Source of the DNA: Reyranellaceae bacterium
GTDB lineage: Bacteria > Pseudomonadota > Alphaproteobacteria > Reyranellales > JAQSWP01
Reading direction: 5' to 3'
Assembly (NCBI GenBank): GCA_050185515.1
Contig: JBFWZG010000002.1
Location: 1-55,907, forward strand
DNA length: 55,907 bases
In this document: one piece after another, positions 34,958-44,352 of the stretch
Numbering within the stretch: position 1 is the stretch's first letter
Layout of the letters: each line of letters starts with the position of its first letter
Translations under genes and position numbers: made by a program
The notes under the pieces: generated by a model
The model's database searches: none
Seen by the model: the letters and a program-made list of their open reading frames with translations, nothing else
What the model was told of the DNA's origin: nothing

Positions 34958-35602
34958 TCAGCAAGCCATCTTCGTCGTGCCGACCAGCCGTTCCACCAGC
35001 TGCCGCAATTCCTGCGGCGTGGTGCGACCGGCGACGACTTCGTGGTAGGTGATGCCCGCCCGCCGCAGCGCCTCTTTCTTCACCGCATCGCGTGCCGCCG
35101 CCGAACTCTGATAGTGCCCGCCGCCCTGATATTCAATTGCATGACGCGGATGGCATTCCTCGTCGACAAGAAGCAGATCCACCCGCTTCGAATTGATGCA
35201 CCCGAATGCCTGCTTGTCGGCACTGCGCAGAATCTCACCGAGCGACACCTGCGCCATGACCTGCCAGCGTGGATTGCAGCCCAGGACCATGCGATCCAGT
35301 TCCCTGAACACGCGCGCTTCGCTCTTGTTAAGCAGCGGCTGTGCCGAAAATGGCGCATTCATCACGATGCGCAACTGGTCGGCCGCGTCGAGCGGTGGGT
35401 TCTGGAATCGCTGGCGCTGGGACCAGTTGCCGGCGTTCCGCTTGCGCCATGCGCGGCGGCGCATCCCATTGGCCACGCCCGCCACCGCCAGGCCGCCCAA
35501 CGCCCCAATGCCGAGTACGAACGCCAACAGAACCGGTCTGTCTATCAGCGCAACGATCTCCGGCGGGATCTGCTCAATCCAACCCTGCATTCCAGCACCC
35601 AT
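34958..35602 (-). CDS. DUF2726 domain protein with N-terminal TM segment
   Basis: NKSEARVFRELD...RVDLLLVD...IEYQGGGH pattern of DUF2726 (restriction-endonuclease-like fold). The start is ambiguous: ATG 35602, ATG 35590 or GTG 35656. Confidence 0.68.
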   Translation of the reverse strand: MGAGMQGWIEQIPPEIVALIDRPVLLAFVLGIGALGGLAVAGVANGMRRRAWRKRNAGNWSQRQRFQNPPLDAADQLRIVMNAPFSAQPLLNKSEARVFRELDRMVLGCNPRWQVMAQVSLGEILRSADKQAFGCINSKRVDLLLVDEECHPRHAIEYQGGGHYQSSAAARDAVKKEALRRAGITYHEVVAGRTTPQELRQLVERLVGTTKMAC

Positions 35603-35744
35603 AGGCGCCAATGTTGCGAAACTGAGTTCCCCGGCGCCGTTCCCCGCCGCAAGCACTGATATGCGAGCTGTTCTACGTCAAGTGGTGCCGCAGAAGCGCA
35701 TAACTCGTTTGAATAGTATTTGATACCGATGCACTCGGCTCCGG

Positions 35745-36098
35745 TTAGTTCACCGACGCAACCAGGAAGGTGAACTGCTCGCCGCTGTGCTCGGTGATGG
35801 AAATGTACTCGCCGGGCTTGAACACGTGATCCCCCAGCCGGAAGATCGGCTCGTCATCATCGTCCCCCGGCGCGTACGAAAACACCCAGCGGTTGCGCTT
35901 GCGCTCGATGTGGCCCTGCTCGTCGTCCTCGCCCTGCCAGAACCGGCGCACCGTGCACTTGTCCTTCGCCTTCGTCCAGGCGTCGACGTCGAGATGGCCG
36001 TCGCCCGTCAGCGGCGCCACGATCTCGTAGCCGTGATTGCGGCTGCCTTCGGGGAATTTCGAATTCCGCGCCAGTTCCAGGCGTATCTTCTTCAGCAT
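35745..36098 (-). CDS. hypothetical protein (117 aa, acidic)
   Basis: ORF with non-shadow amino-acid composition (K/E/D/F-rich in a GC-rich genome). I recognise no motif. Confidence 0.6.
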   Translation of the reverse strand: MLKKIRLELARNSKFPEGSRNHGYEIVAPLTGDGHLDVDAWTKAKDKCTVRRFWQGEDDEQGHIERKRNRWVFSYAPGDDDDEPIFRLGDHVFKPGEYISITEHSGEQFTFLVASVN

Positions 36099-36166
36099 AT
36101 CCGGCGCTCCTCATCGTCGTTCGGATCAAACTTATAGCTCATAAGTCGGCATCGCCTTGATCGGAG

Positions 36167-37735
36167 TCAATCCCCCAGCGCCGCCCGCGCCGACGCAACG
36201 ATCGTCTCGATGCCGGCTGCTGCGTCGAGCCGGCGCCAGTCGAGCGCGCCAATATCGTACGACGCCTGTCGCTCGACCACGTCGACCGTCGCGTCGGACG
36301 CATCGCCGCGCCGCTGTTCCACGCGCCGGCGCAGCAACGCCTTCGGCGCCTCCAGCCACAAGCCGACAAACCGCACGCCGGCCTGTCGCGCAACGTCCGC
36401 CGCCGCCGCCCGTTCCGCCGCCCGCGCATAGACCCCATCCAGAACCACCGAGCGTCCGGCGTCGAGCGCGATCCTCGCCAGACGATGCAACTCGTCGTAG
36501 ACCGAGGCGGCGTTCTCCTTCGTGTACCAGCCCGCCGGCATGCGCCGGTCGAGCGCCACGCCGGCCATGCGCTTGCGCGTCACGTCCGAGCGCAACACCA
36601 CAGCGCCTGGAGTCGGAACGAGGTCCGGCGCCAGCGCCATGGCCAGCGTCGTCTTGCCGGTGCCGGACAATCCGCCGACGCAGACCAGAAGCGGCGGCGA
36701 CGGCGCGAACAACGCGCGCGCATAGCGCTGATAGGCGCGCGCCTGCTCGCGCTGGCGCGCGGCCTCGGCCCGGTTCCTCATATGCGGCACGCCCGCGGCG
36801 TCGACATGGGCGCGGATCGCCGCCCGCCGGGCGAGATAGATGCGCAGCAGCGCCAGGCCCGCCAGAAGTTCTTGGTCCTTCTCGGCCGAATGCCAGAGGT
36901 AGCGGTTCAGCGCCAGGTTGGCGTGGCCGCGCAGGCCGCGGAAATCGAGATCCATCAGCAGGAAGGAAAGATCGTAGAGCGTATCGATGCAGGACAGCCG
37001 GTCGTTGAACTCGATGCCGTCGAAGGGCGCCGGCGTCTCGCCGTCGAGATAGATGTTCTTCAAATGCAGGTCGCCGTGGCAGCGCCGAACCGCGCCGCAG
37101 GCGCGTCGACGGTCGGCCGCCGCCGCAACGCGTGCCGCTTCCGCCGGCATCAACTCGGCCAGCTCGGCGCTCAACCCCGGATCGAGCAGATCGCCGCGCG
37201 CGATCATCTGTTCGGTGTCCATCTTCACGGTATGCGCCAGCACCGCCGCGCCGCCATGGCCAGGTTCGGGCGGCGCGCCGGCATGGAAGGTCGCCACCGT
37301 CTCGGCCAGCCGCCCGATCAGCTCCGCCGGCAGCGCGCCGCGCTCGGCCAGCCGCGCCAGCAGCGCTTCCTGATCGAAGCGCCGCATCGCCACCAGCCAG
37401 TCCACCGCCGAATCGTCGTCGGCATTTTCCCGCATCGCGCCCAGCGCCAGCGTCGCGCCGTCGCGCAGCACGGGCACGAGCCCGAGATAGAGCCTCGGCG
37501 CGGTGCGCCGGTTCAGCCGCACCTCGTCGGCGCAGAAGCGGCGCCGGCGCTCGAGCGTGGAAAAATCCATGAACGGAAAACTCACCGCCCGCTTCAGCTT
37601 GTAGACCCGTTCGCCGACCAGGAACACCGCCGCGCCATGCGTGTCGATGCGCTCCACCTTGACGTCCTGCGGCAGTCCCCAGGCCTGCGGCGTCGACAGG
37701 AAGGCGATCGTCGCGCTCTGGTCCGACACGTCCAC
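36167..37735 (-). CDS. bifunctional aminoglycoside-phosphotransferase-like kinase / P-loop ATP-binding protein
   Basis: APH catalytic motif CHGDLHLKNI and DxxYD. The C-terminal Walker A is GGLSGTGKTTLA. Start set to GTG 37735, 8 nt after the CDF stop. The 793-aa track ORF is an out-of-frame extension. Confidence 0.78.
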   Translation of the reverse strand: MDVSDQSATIAFLSTPQAWGLPQDVKVERIDTHGAAVFLVGERVYKLKRAVSFPFMDFSTLERRRRFCADEVRLNRRTAPRLYLGLVPVLRDGATLALGAMRENADDDSAVDWLVAMRRFDQEALLARLAERGALPAELIGRLAETVATFHAGAPPEPGHGGAAVLAHTVKMDTEQMIARGDLLDPGLSAELAELMPAEAARVAAAADRRRACGAVRRCHGDLHLKNIYLDGETPAPFDGIEFNDRLSCIDTLYDLSFLLMDLDFRGLRGHANLALNRYLWHSAEKDQELLAGLALLRIYLARRAAIRAHVDAAGVPHMRNRAEAARQREQARAYQRYARALFAPSPPLLVCVGGLSGTGKTTLAMALAPDLVPTPGAVVLRSDVTRKRMAGVALDRRMPAGWYTKENAASVYDELHRLARIALDAGRSVVLDGVYARAAERAAAADVARQAGVRFVGLWLEAPKALLRRRVEQRRGDASDATVDVVERQASYDIGALDWRRLDAAAGIETIVASARAALGD

Positions 37736-37743
37736 GGAAGCTC

Positions 37744-38679
37744 TCAGCCGAACGTGGCGCGCGGCTCGGCCACGCCTTCGGGGTCCTGGTGCACGATGAT
37801 CTCGGCGCCCGGAAACTCCCTTCGGATCGCGTCCTCGACCTCGTCGCCGACGACATGCGCAGCCGCCAGCGTCATCTCGGGATCGAGCTCCATGTGGAGC
37901 TGGATGAAGGTCGTCATGCCCGACGAGCGGGTGCGCAGATCGTGCAGGTCGCGCACCTGCGGATGGGCGCGGACGATCGCCTTGATCTTCTCGCGCTCCT
38001 CTTCCGGCAGTTCGCGGTCCATCAGCACATTGTAGGCCCCGACCGCGATGTCGGCCGCACTTTTGAGAATATAGAGGCCGATCAGTCCGGCGATGATCGG
38101 ATCGGCGATGCTCAGGCCGAAGCGAGAGGACAGGACCAGCGCCACGATGACCCCGGCATTGGTCAGCAAGTCCGACTTGTAGTGCAGATGGTCGGCGCCG
38201 ATCGCCATCGAGGCGGTGCGCGAGATCACCGCGCGCTGGAACAGCACCAGCCCCAGGGTCAGCGCGATCGAACCCGCCATCACGACGTACCCGACGGTCT
38301 CCTGCGTCACAGGCTGCGGCGCGTGAATCCGCTGTCCGGCCGAGATCAGCAGCCAGATCGCCGAGGCGCCGATGAAGCCCGATTGAACCAGTCCGGCCAG
38401 CGCCTCCGCCTTGCCATGGCCGAAGCGATGCTCCCTGTCGGCCGGCACCAGCGCGTGGCGCACGCTGATCAGCGTCACCAGCGAGGCCAGCAGGTCGAGC
38501 GACGAATCGAGCAGGGTCGACAGCAAACTGACCGAATCCGTCATCCACCAGGCGACGCTCTTGCCGGCGATCAGCACGATCGCCACCGCCGTCGAGGCGA
38601 TCGACGCCAGCCGCATCAGCCGCGCCTGCTCCGGCGTCAGCTTCCCGCTATTCGCTGGCGCGTGGCCGTGCGGGTCCAT
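37744..38679 (-). CDS. cation diffusion facilitator family transporter (FieF-like)
   Basis: Six TM segments, HRFGHGKAEALAG, and a C-terminal cytoplasmic domain with a VHQDPE end, typical of CDF. Confidence 0.88.
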   Translation of the reverse strand: MDPHGHAPANSGKLTPEQARLMRLASIASTAVAIVLIAGKSVAWWMTDSVSLLSTLLDSSLDLLASLVTLISVRHALVPADREHRFGHGKAEALAGLVQSGFIGASAIWLLISAGQRIHAPQPVTQETVGYVVMAGSIALTLGLVLFQRAVISRTASMAIGADHLHYKSDLLTNAGVIVALVLSSRFGLSIADPIIAGLIGLYILKSAADIAVGAYNVLMDRELPEEEREKIKAIVRAHPQVRDLHDLRTRSSGMTTFIQLHMELDPEMTLAAAHVVGDEVEDAIRREFPGAEIIVHQDPEGVAEPRATFG

Positions 38680-38685
38680 CGCCGC

Positions 38686-39279
38686 CTACGGATAGAGCCG
38701 CTCGCGCGACCAGGCGTTGGCGCCCTGCCCACGCGAGAACACCAGACGGTCGTGCAGCCGGAAGGGCTTGTCCTGCCAGAACTCGATGCGCTGGGGCAGC
38801 ACGCGAAATCCGGACCAGTAGGGCGGCCGCGGCACCGTGCCGACATGGAACTTGGCGGCATAGCTGGCGACCGCTTTCTCAAGTTCCATGCGGCCCGTCA
38901 GCGGCCGCGACTGCTTCGACGCCCACGCCCCGATCTGACTGCCGCGCGGGCGGCTGGCGAAATACTCGTCGGCGTCCGCGTCGCTGACCTGCTCCACCGG
39001 CCCCTCGATCCGCACCGAGCGGCGCAGCGATTTCCAGTGGAAGCAAAGCGCCGCCTTGGGGTGCTCGATCAGCTGCTGTCCCTTGCGGCTCTCGAAGTTC
39101 GTGTAGAACACGAAACCCCGCTCGTCGACGCCCTTGAGCAGCACCATGCGCGCGCTCGGCATGCCATCGGCGCCGACAGTTGCCAGCGTCATGGCATTGG
39201 GGTCTGCGGGCTCGGCCTTGGCCGCCTCGGCGAACCAGGCGTCGAACTGCGCGATCGGATCGTTTTCTGTGTCTGCCAT
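38686..39279 (-). CDS. pdxH: pyridoxamine 5'-phosphate oxidase
   Basis: [20 protein letters not shown], and a C-terminal RLxP-type ending (WSRERLYP). Confidence 0.92.
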   Translation of the reverse strand: MADTENDPIAQFDAWFAEAAKAEPADPNAMTLATVGADGMPSARMVLLKGVDERGFVFYTNFESRKGQQLIEHPKAALCFHWKSLRRSVRIEGPVEQVSDADADEYFASRPRGSQIGAWASKQSRPLTGRMELEKAVASYAAKFHVGTVPRPPYWSGFRVLPQRIEFWQDKPFRLHDRLVFSRGQGANAWSRERLYP

Positions 39280-39449
39280 CGTCCCGTTCCTGTGGCGCGA
39301 CTATGCCCTCTGGCGCCGCGCGGAGCCATCACCGGATTGCATAGCGGCAATCGATCGCTATCTAAAGGGCCGAAATGATTGGCCTTGGCGGCGAACGGGC
39401 GGGATGATGCAAATCGCTCGCAGCCGTGGCGGCGATAGAACGAGTGAAG

Positions 39450-40391
39450 ATGATGCGCGATCCCTACGAGATACTGGGCGTGGCGAAGAACGCCAGCGCC
39501 GACGAGATCAAGAAGGCCTATCGCAAGCTGGCCAAGAAACTGCATCCCGATCTCAATCCGGGCAAGAAGGAGATCGAGGCGCAGTTCAAGGAAGTCGGAG
39601 GCGCCTACGACATACTCTCCGATCCCGAGAAGCGCCGTCGCTTCGACGCCGGCGAAATCGACGCCGCCGGCCAGGAGCGGCCGCAGCGCCAGTACTATCG
39701 CCAGTACGCCCAGTCGGACGACGGCATGCGCTACAGCGGCGATTTCGGTGGCGACGAGGCGGGCTTCGCCGAGGATCTGTTTGCCGAGATGTTCGCCCGC
39801 GCCCGCGGCGGCCGCGCCGGCCCCGGCGGTGGCGCCGGGAGCTTCCGCATGCCGGGCAGCGACGTCACCTACATGCTGGAGGTGCCGTTCGTCGAGGCAG
39901 CTGTCGGCGCCAAGCGCCGCCTGACCCTGCCCGACGGCAGGACGCTCGACGTCAATATCCCGGCCGGCTCACAGGACCGCCAGATGCTGCGGCTCAAGGG
40001 CCAGGGCCATCCCGGCCATGGCGGCGCGCCGGCCGGCGACGCCTATATCGAAATCCACGTCCAGCCGCATGCCCATTTCCGGCGCAAGGACAGCGACGTG
40101 CATCTCGACGTGCCGATTACCCTTCAGGAGGCCGTACTGGGCGGGCGCATCGACGTGCCGACCATCGACGGCAAGGTCACGCTGACCGTGCCGGCCGGTT
40201 CCAATTCCGGTTCCAGCCTGCGTCTGAAGGGCAAGGGAATCGTCGACCAGCGTTCGGGCCAGCGCGGCGACCAGTACGTGCATCTCAGCGTCGTGTTGCC
40301 CGACGACAAGGATGGCGCGCTGAAGCAGGCGATCGAGGCCTGGGCCGAGGGCCGCGACTACGACGTGCGCGCCAGGGCCGGACTGAAATGA
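39450..40391 (+). CDS. cbpA: DnaJ-domain curved-DNA-binding co-chaperone (CbpA-like)
   Basis: J-domain DPYEILGV...YRKLAKKLHPDLN (HPD motif) with no zinc-finger CxxCxGxG repeats. A cbpM-like gene follows. Confidence 0.82.
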   Translation: MMRDPYEILGVAKNASADEIKKAYRKLAKKLHPDLNPGKKEIEAQFKEVGGAYDILSDPEKRRRFDAGEIDAAGQERPQRQYYRQYAQSDDGMRYSGDFGGDEAGFAEDLFAEMFARARGGRAGPGGGAGSFRMPGSDVTYMLEVPFVEAAVGAKRRLTLPDGRTLDVNIPAGSQDRQMLRLKGQGHPGHGGAPAGDAYIEIHVQPHAHFRRKDSDVHLDVPITLQEAVLGGRIDVPTIDGKVTLTVPAGSNSGSSLRLKGKGIVDQRSGQRGDQYVHLSVVLPDDKDGALKQAIEAWAEGRDYDVRARAGLK

Positions 40392-40732
40392 CGGAGGAGC
40401 ACATGAGCTGGCGCTTCGAACAGATCGTCACCCTGGTCGGCTGCCGCACCCCCGACCTCGAGACCTGGATCGCCGAGCAGTGGATCAGGCCGGTGCGCGA
40501 CGACAGCGGCTGGATTTTCGCCGAGGCCGATCTCGCCCGCGCCCGACTGATCCGCGATCTGGTCGACGAATTGGAGATCGAGGCGGAAACGGTGCCGGTG
40601 GTGCTGTCCCTGATTGACCAGAATCATGCCCTGCGACGGCAGTTGCATGACATTCTGGCCGCCATCGGCGCTCTGCCGCCGTCGACGCGCGAACAGATCA
40701 TGCGCCAGCTCGGCCTGGGGGAGATCTCCTGA
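40388..40732 (+). CDS. cbpM: chaperone modulator CbpM-like (MerR-type fold)
   Basis: ATGA overlap with cbpA. 114 aa with a WIAEQWIRP...ADLARARLIRDL pattern. Confidence 0.72.
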   Translation: MTEEHMSWRFEQIVTLVGCRTPDLETWIAEQWIRPVRDDSGWIFAEADLARARLIRDLVDELEIEAETVPVVLSLIDQNHALRRQLHDILAAIGALPPSTREQIMRQLGLGEIS

Positions 40733-40789
40733 CCGACGGCCGGGACGAATTTATTGAGTAAATACGGCCGCTTAGTCGGTGGGGCGTGA

Positions 40790-40817
40790 TTGACCGGGCG
40801 GGTTGATGGTGTAGGAT
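40790..40817 (+). promoter_or_regulatory. candidate sigma70 promoter for fabI (-35 TTGACC, 16 nt, -10 TAGGAT)
   Basis: Hexamers read from the sequence about 40 nt upstream of the fabI ATG. Confidence 0.3.
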
Positions 40818-40856
40818 GCCGCAAAGCAAGATGTTCCCGCCTGTGCAGAGGTTTCA

Positions 40857-41696
40857 ATGACGTCCCCCGCCCCGCTCATGGAAGGCAAGAAAGGCCTTAT
40901 CATGGGCATTGCCAACGACCGTTCGATCGCCTGGGGCATCGCAAAGGCCCTGCACAAGCATGGCGCCACAATGGGCTTCACCTATCAGGGGGAGGCGCTC
41001 GAAAAGCGCATCCGGCCGCTGGCGCAGGAAGTCGGGGTCAGCCTGGTCGAGCCCTGCGACGTGACCGATAACGCCAGCATGGATGCGCTGTTCGCCAAAG
41101 TGCAGAAGGAGTGGGGCAAGATGGACTTCCTGGTCCATGCCATAGCCTTCTCGGACAAGGACCAGCTCAAGGGACGTTACGTCGACACGACGGCCGAAAA
41201 TTTCGCCATGACGATGAACATTTCCTGTTTCTCGTTCACGGCACTGGCCCAGCGCGCGGCGCGGCTGATGACCGATGGCGGCAGCCTGGTGACCCTCACC
41301 TACTACGGCGCCGAACGCGTCATCCCGCACTACAACGTCATGGGCGTCGCCAAGGCCGCGCTCGAAGCCAGCGTGCGTTACCTGGCGGCCGATCTCGGCA
41401 ACCAGAACATCCGCGTCAACGCCATCTCGGCCGGTCCGATCCGCACCCTGGCGGCGTCGGGCATCGGCGATTTCCGCTACATCATGAAGTGGAACGAGTA
41501 CAACGCGCCGCTCAAGCGCAACGTCACCATCGACGACGTCGGCGGCTCGGCGCTGTACCTGCTGAGCGATCTGGGCGCCGGCGTCTCGGGCGAGGTGCAT
41601 CACGTCGACGCCGGCTACCACACGGTCGGCATGATGGCGACCGACGCCGCGCCCAAGCTGGTCGATCTTCTGAAGAACTTCGACCCCGACAAGTAG
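40857..41696 (+). CDS. fabI: enoyl-[acyl-carrier-protein] reductase (NADH)
   Basis: [23 protein letters not shown], the catalytic Y/K region [12 protein letters not shown], and [12 protein letters not shown]. Confidence 0.92.
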   Translation: MTSPAPLMEGKKGLIMGIANDRSIAWGIAKALHKHGATMGFTYQGEALEKRIRPLAQEVGVSLVEPCDVTDNASMDALFAKVQKEWGKMDFLVHAIAFSDKDQLKGRYVDTTAENFAMTMNISCFSFTALAQRAARLMTDGGSLVTLTYYGAERVIPHYNVMGVAKAALEASVRYLAADLGNQNIRVNAISAGPIRTLAASGIGDFRYIMKWNEYNAPLKRNVTIDDVGGSALYLLSDLGAGVSGEVHHVDAGYHTVGMMATDAAPKLVDLLKNFDPDK

Positions 41697-41706
41697 GCAG
41701 GCGGCG

Positions 41707-42780
41707 ATGGCCGGCAACAGCTTCGGCACACTCTTCCGCTTCACCAGCTGGGGCGAGAGCCACGGTCCCGCCATCGGCTGCATCGTCGATGGCGTACCGC
41801 CGCTCATTCCTCTTTCCGAAGGCGAGATCCAGGGCTGGCTCGACAAGCGCCGGCCCGGCCAGTCGCGCTTTACGACGCAGCGACAGGAACCCGATGCGGT
41901 GAAGATCCTGTCGGGCGTGTTCGACGGCGTCACCACCGGCACGCCGATCAACCTGACGATCGAGAACGTCGACCAGCGCTCCAAGGACTACAGCGACATC
42001 AAGGACAAGTTCCGCCCCGGCCATGCCGATTTCACCTACTGGGCGAAGTACGGCATTCGCGACTATCGCGGCGGCGGCCGCCAGTCGGCGCGCGAAACCG
42101 CCGTGCGCGTTGCGGCCGGCGCGATCGCCCGCAAGATCCTGGGCGACGGCGTCAAGGTCCGCGGCGCGCTGGTGCAGATCGGCAGCAAGCGCATCGATCG
42201 AACCAACTGGAGCTGGGACAGCGTCGGTCAGAACCCGTTCTGGTGCCCCGACCCGAAGGCCGCGATCGAATGGGAGGATTATCTCGATGGCATCCGCAAG
42301 GCCGGCTCCTCGACCGGCGCGGTGGTCGAGGTGGTCGCCTCCGGCGTGCCTGCGGGACTGGGCGCGCCGCTCTACGACAAGCTCGACAGCGACATCGCCC
42401 GCGCGCTGATGACCATCAATGCCGTCAAGGGCGTCGAGATCGGTGACGGTTTCGCCGCCGCCGAGCTTTCCGGCGAGAACAACGGCGACGAGATCCGCAT
42501 GCGCGACGGCCGCCCGCATTTCCTCAGCAACCATGCCGGCGGCATTCTCGGCGGCATCTCCACCGGCCAGGACATCGTCGCCCGCATGGCGGTCAAGCCG
42601 ACCAGCTCGATCCTCAAGCCGATGCGCACCGTCGATACGTCCGGCCGCGAAACCGAAATCCAGACCAAAGGCCGCCACGATCCCTGCGTCGGCATCCGCG
42701 CCGTGCCGGTGGCCGAGGCCATGGTGGCCTGCGTGCTGGCCGACCATCTGCTGCGCCATCGCGCGCTGGGGCGGGGCTGA
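41707..42780 (+). CDS. aroC: chorismate synthase
   Basis: [21 protein letters not shown] and GRHDPCVG motifs. Confidence 0.95.
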   Translation: MAGNSFGTLFRFTSWGESHGPAIGCIVDGVPPLIPLSEGEIQGWLDKRRPGQSRFTTQRQEPDAVKILSGVFDGVTTGTPINLTIENVDQRSKDYSDIKDKFRPGHADFTYWAKYGIRDYRGGGRQSARETAVRVAAGAIARKILGDGVKVRGALVQIGSKRIDRTNWSWDSVGQNPFWCPDPKAAIEWEDYLDGIRKAGSSTGAVVEVVASGVPAGLGAPLYDKLDSDIARALMTINAVKGVEIGDGFAAAELSGENNGDEIRMRDGRPHFLSNHAGGILGGISTGQDIVARMAVKPTSSILKPMRTVDTSGRETEIQTKGRHDPCVGIRAVPVAEAMVACVLADHLLRHRALGRG

Positions 42781-43334
42781 TGGCGCCGCGCCAGCCGCTG
42801 GTCGTCAACTACGCCCGGCCCTTCTACCTCAGCATGCTCGCCTTGGGCCTGGTGGCTCTGGTGCTGGTGATCATTCTCGCCACCGGCGACGTCGACCCGG
42901 TGCTGTCGCCCGCGGCCGAGGCGGGCGCCGAACGCGACCCCACCGTGCTGTGGTTCGCCGGCTTCGCCATCGTCTTCTGCATGGGTTACTACCTGTGGCG
43001 CGCGCTGCGCCGTCTGCACGATCCCGGCCCGGTCATCGAAGTTCGCCCCGAAGGCATCATGCTGCGCATCGGCCAGCCGCGCCGCTTCCTGTGGGACGAG
43101 ATCAGCCGCGTTCAGCTCGGCCGTCACCGCATGCGCCAGCGGTTGGAGATCACCGTAACGCCCGACCGCTTCATGGAATTGCGCCTGCCGACCCTGTTCG
43201 TCGACGACAATTTCGCCGGCATCCGCGCCAAGCCCTTCACCATCGGCATCACCGGCCAGGGCTTCGACCGCCCGCTGAGCGATGCCTTCGACGAGATCAG
43301 ACGCTACCGGCCAAACCTGGTCGCCGCGCGCTAG
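42780..43334 (+). CDS. hypothetical membrane protein (two TM segments plus PH-like C-terminal domain)
   Basis: TGATG overlap with aroC. Two hydrophobic helices are followed by a soluble domain (VIEVRPEGIMLRIG...). Confidence 0.55.
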   Translation: MAPRQPLVVNYARPFYLSMLALGLVALVLVIILATGDVDPVLSPAAEAGAERDPTVLWFAGFAIVFCMGYYLWRALRRLHDPGPVIEVRPEGIMLRIGQPRRFLWDEISRVQLGRHRMRQRLEITVTPDRFMELRLPTLFVDDNFAGIRAKPFTIGITGQGFDRPLSDAFDEIRRYRPNLVAAR

Positions 43335-43354
43335 CAGACAGAACGGAGGAAGCC

Positions 43355-43930
43355 ATGCCCCAGCCCAAGCACCTGACCAAGCTCAAGCTGCCGGTGCCGA
43401 AGAAGCCCAAGGACGCCGATCTCGCCAAGTATTTCGAGAAATGCCTCGAGAAGCTCGGCATGGTGCCGAACGTGATCCGGGCGGTTGCGCACAACCCGAA
43501 GAAGGCGCGCGCCTTCATCTCGACCTACAACGAGCTGATGCTGGGCGAGTCGGGCCTGTCCAAGCTCGAGCGCGAGATGATCGCCGTCGTCGTCTCGAGC
43601 GCCAACCGCTGCTACTACTGCCTCGTCGCCCACGGCCAGGCGGTGCGCCAGATTTCGGGCGATCCGCAGCTGGGCGAAATGATGGTGATGAACTATCGCG
43701 TCGCCGAACTGCAGCAGCGCCAGCGCGCCATGCTCGACTTCGCCTGGAAGCTGACCGTGGCGCCGTTCGACATCGGCGACGCCGATCGCGCCGCTCTACG
43801 CAAGGTCGGTTTCTCCGACCAAGACATTTACGACATCGGCGACACCGCCGCGTTCTTCAACATGACCAACCGGCTGGCCCACGCCACCGACATGATGCCC
43901 AACGCCGAATACCACGCCATGACCCGCTAG
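43355..43930 (+). CDS. carboxymuconolactone decarboxylase/AhpD-like peroxidase-related protein
   Basis: ATG follows GGAGGAAGCC. Contains the AhpD-type motif CYYCLVAH (CxxCxxxH). Confidence 0.78.
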   Translation: MPQPKHLTKLKLPVPKKPKDADLAKYFEKCLEKLGMVPNVIRAVAHNPKKARAFISTYNELMLGESGLSKLEREMIAVVVSSANRCYYCLVAHGQAVRQISGDPQLGEMMVMNYRVAELQQRQRAMLDFAWKLTVAPFDIGDADRAALRKVGFSDQDIYDIGDTAAFFNMTNRLAHATDMMPNAEYHAMTR

Positions 43931-43947
43931 CAACCTTGGAGGCGGAA

Positions 43948-44349
43948 ATGCAGACCGAATACGCCGAAATCGCCAAGTCGCTGCAGCTCTATTTCGACGG
44001 TTTCTACGACGGCGACGTCGCAGCCTTGCGCCGCATCTTCCATCCCGTCTGCCATCTGTCGCACGCCAGCGAGGGCGCGCTGGTGCATGACGACATGGAG
44101 ACCGTCTACGCCCGCGTCGCCGGCCGAGTCTCGCCGGCGAAGAATGGCGAGACTCGTCGGGACGTCATTCTCGGCATCGACGTGTCAAGCCCTGTCAGCG
44201 CGCTGGCGCGGGTGCAGATCGCCATAGGTGCGCGACTCTTCACCGACTATCTCAGCTTCCTGAGAGTCGATGGCGAGTGGCGCATCATCGCCAAGGTCTA
44301 CAGCTGGGTCGAACTGCCGGCAGCGGCGCGCAAGCAGGCCGCGGAGTAG
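43948..44349 (+). CDS. NTF2-like (SnoaL/lumazine-binding-like) protein
   Basis: 133 aa with GGAGG upstream and an LQLYFDGFYDGDVAALRRIFHP pattern typical of the NTF2-fold family. Confidence 0.62.
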   Translation: MQTEYAEIAKSLQLYFDGFYDGDVAALRRIFHPVCHLSHASEGALVHDDMETVYARVAGRVSPAKNGETRRDVILGIDVSSPVSALARVQIAIGARLFTDYLSFLRVDGEWRIIAKVYSWVELPAAARKQAAE

Positions 44350-44352
44350 CGC

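Noticed and set aside
33956-36098. The hemA-downstream block (small ORF, SRAP, DUF2726, 117-aa protein) considered as a horizontally acquired defence island.
   Set aside because: There are no mobility genes, flanking repeats or tRNA. GC content and codon style look like the rest of the window apart from short AT-richer spacers. The DUF2726/SRAP combination alone does not match a defence system I can name.
36167-38548. A 793-aa ORF apparently extending the APH/P-loop kinase 270 aa upstream. There are similar N-terminal extensions of tlyA (47043-49166), the ECF sigma (7475-8680), the aminotransferase (29419-31263), dppC (18987-20666), and the cbpM, AhpD-like and NTF2 genes.
   Set aside because: The extensions overlap the upstream real gene in another frame and are Arg/Gly-rich. 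Each has an internal ATG or GTG start with an SD, or an ATGA overlap, that gives the family-typical N-terminus.
39280-39449. A possible RpoH (sigma32) promoter or operator (ATAGCG-N9-CGCTAT) upstream of cbpA.
   Set aside because: I could not find a convincing CTTGAA-N13-17-CCCCAT arrangement. The 6-bp inverted repeat is too short to be significant.
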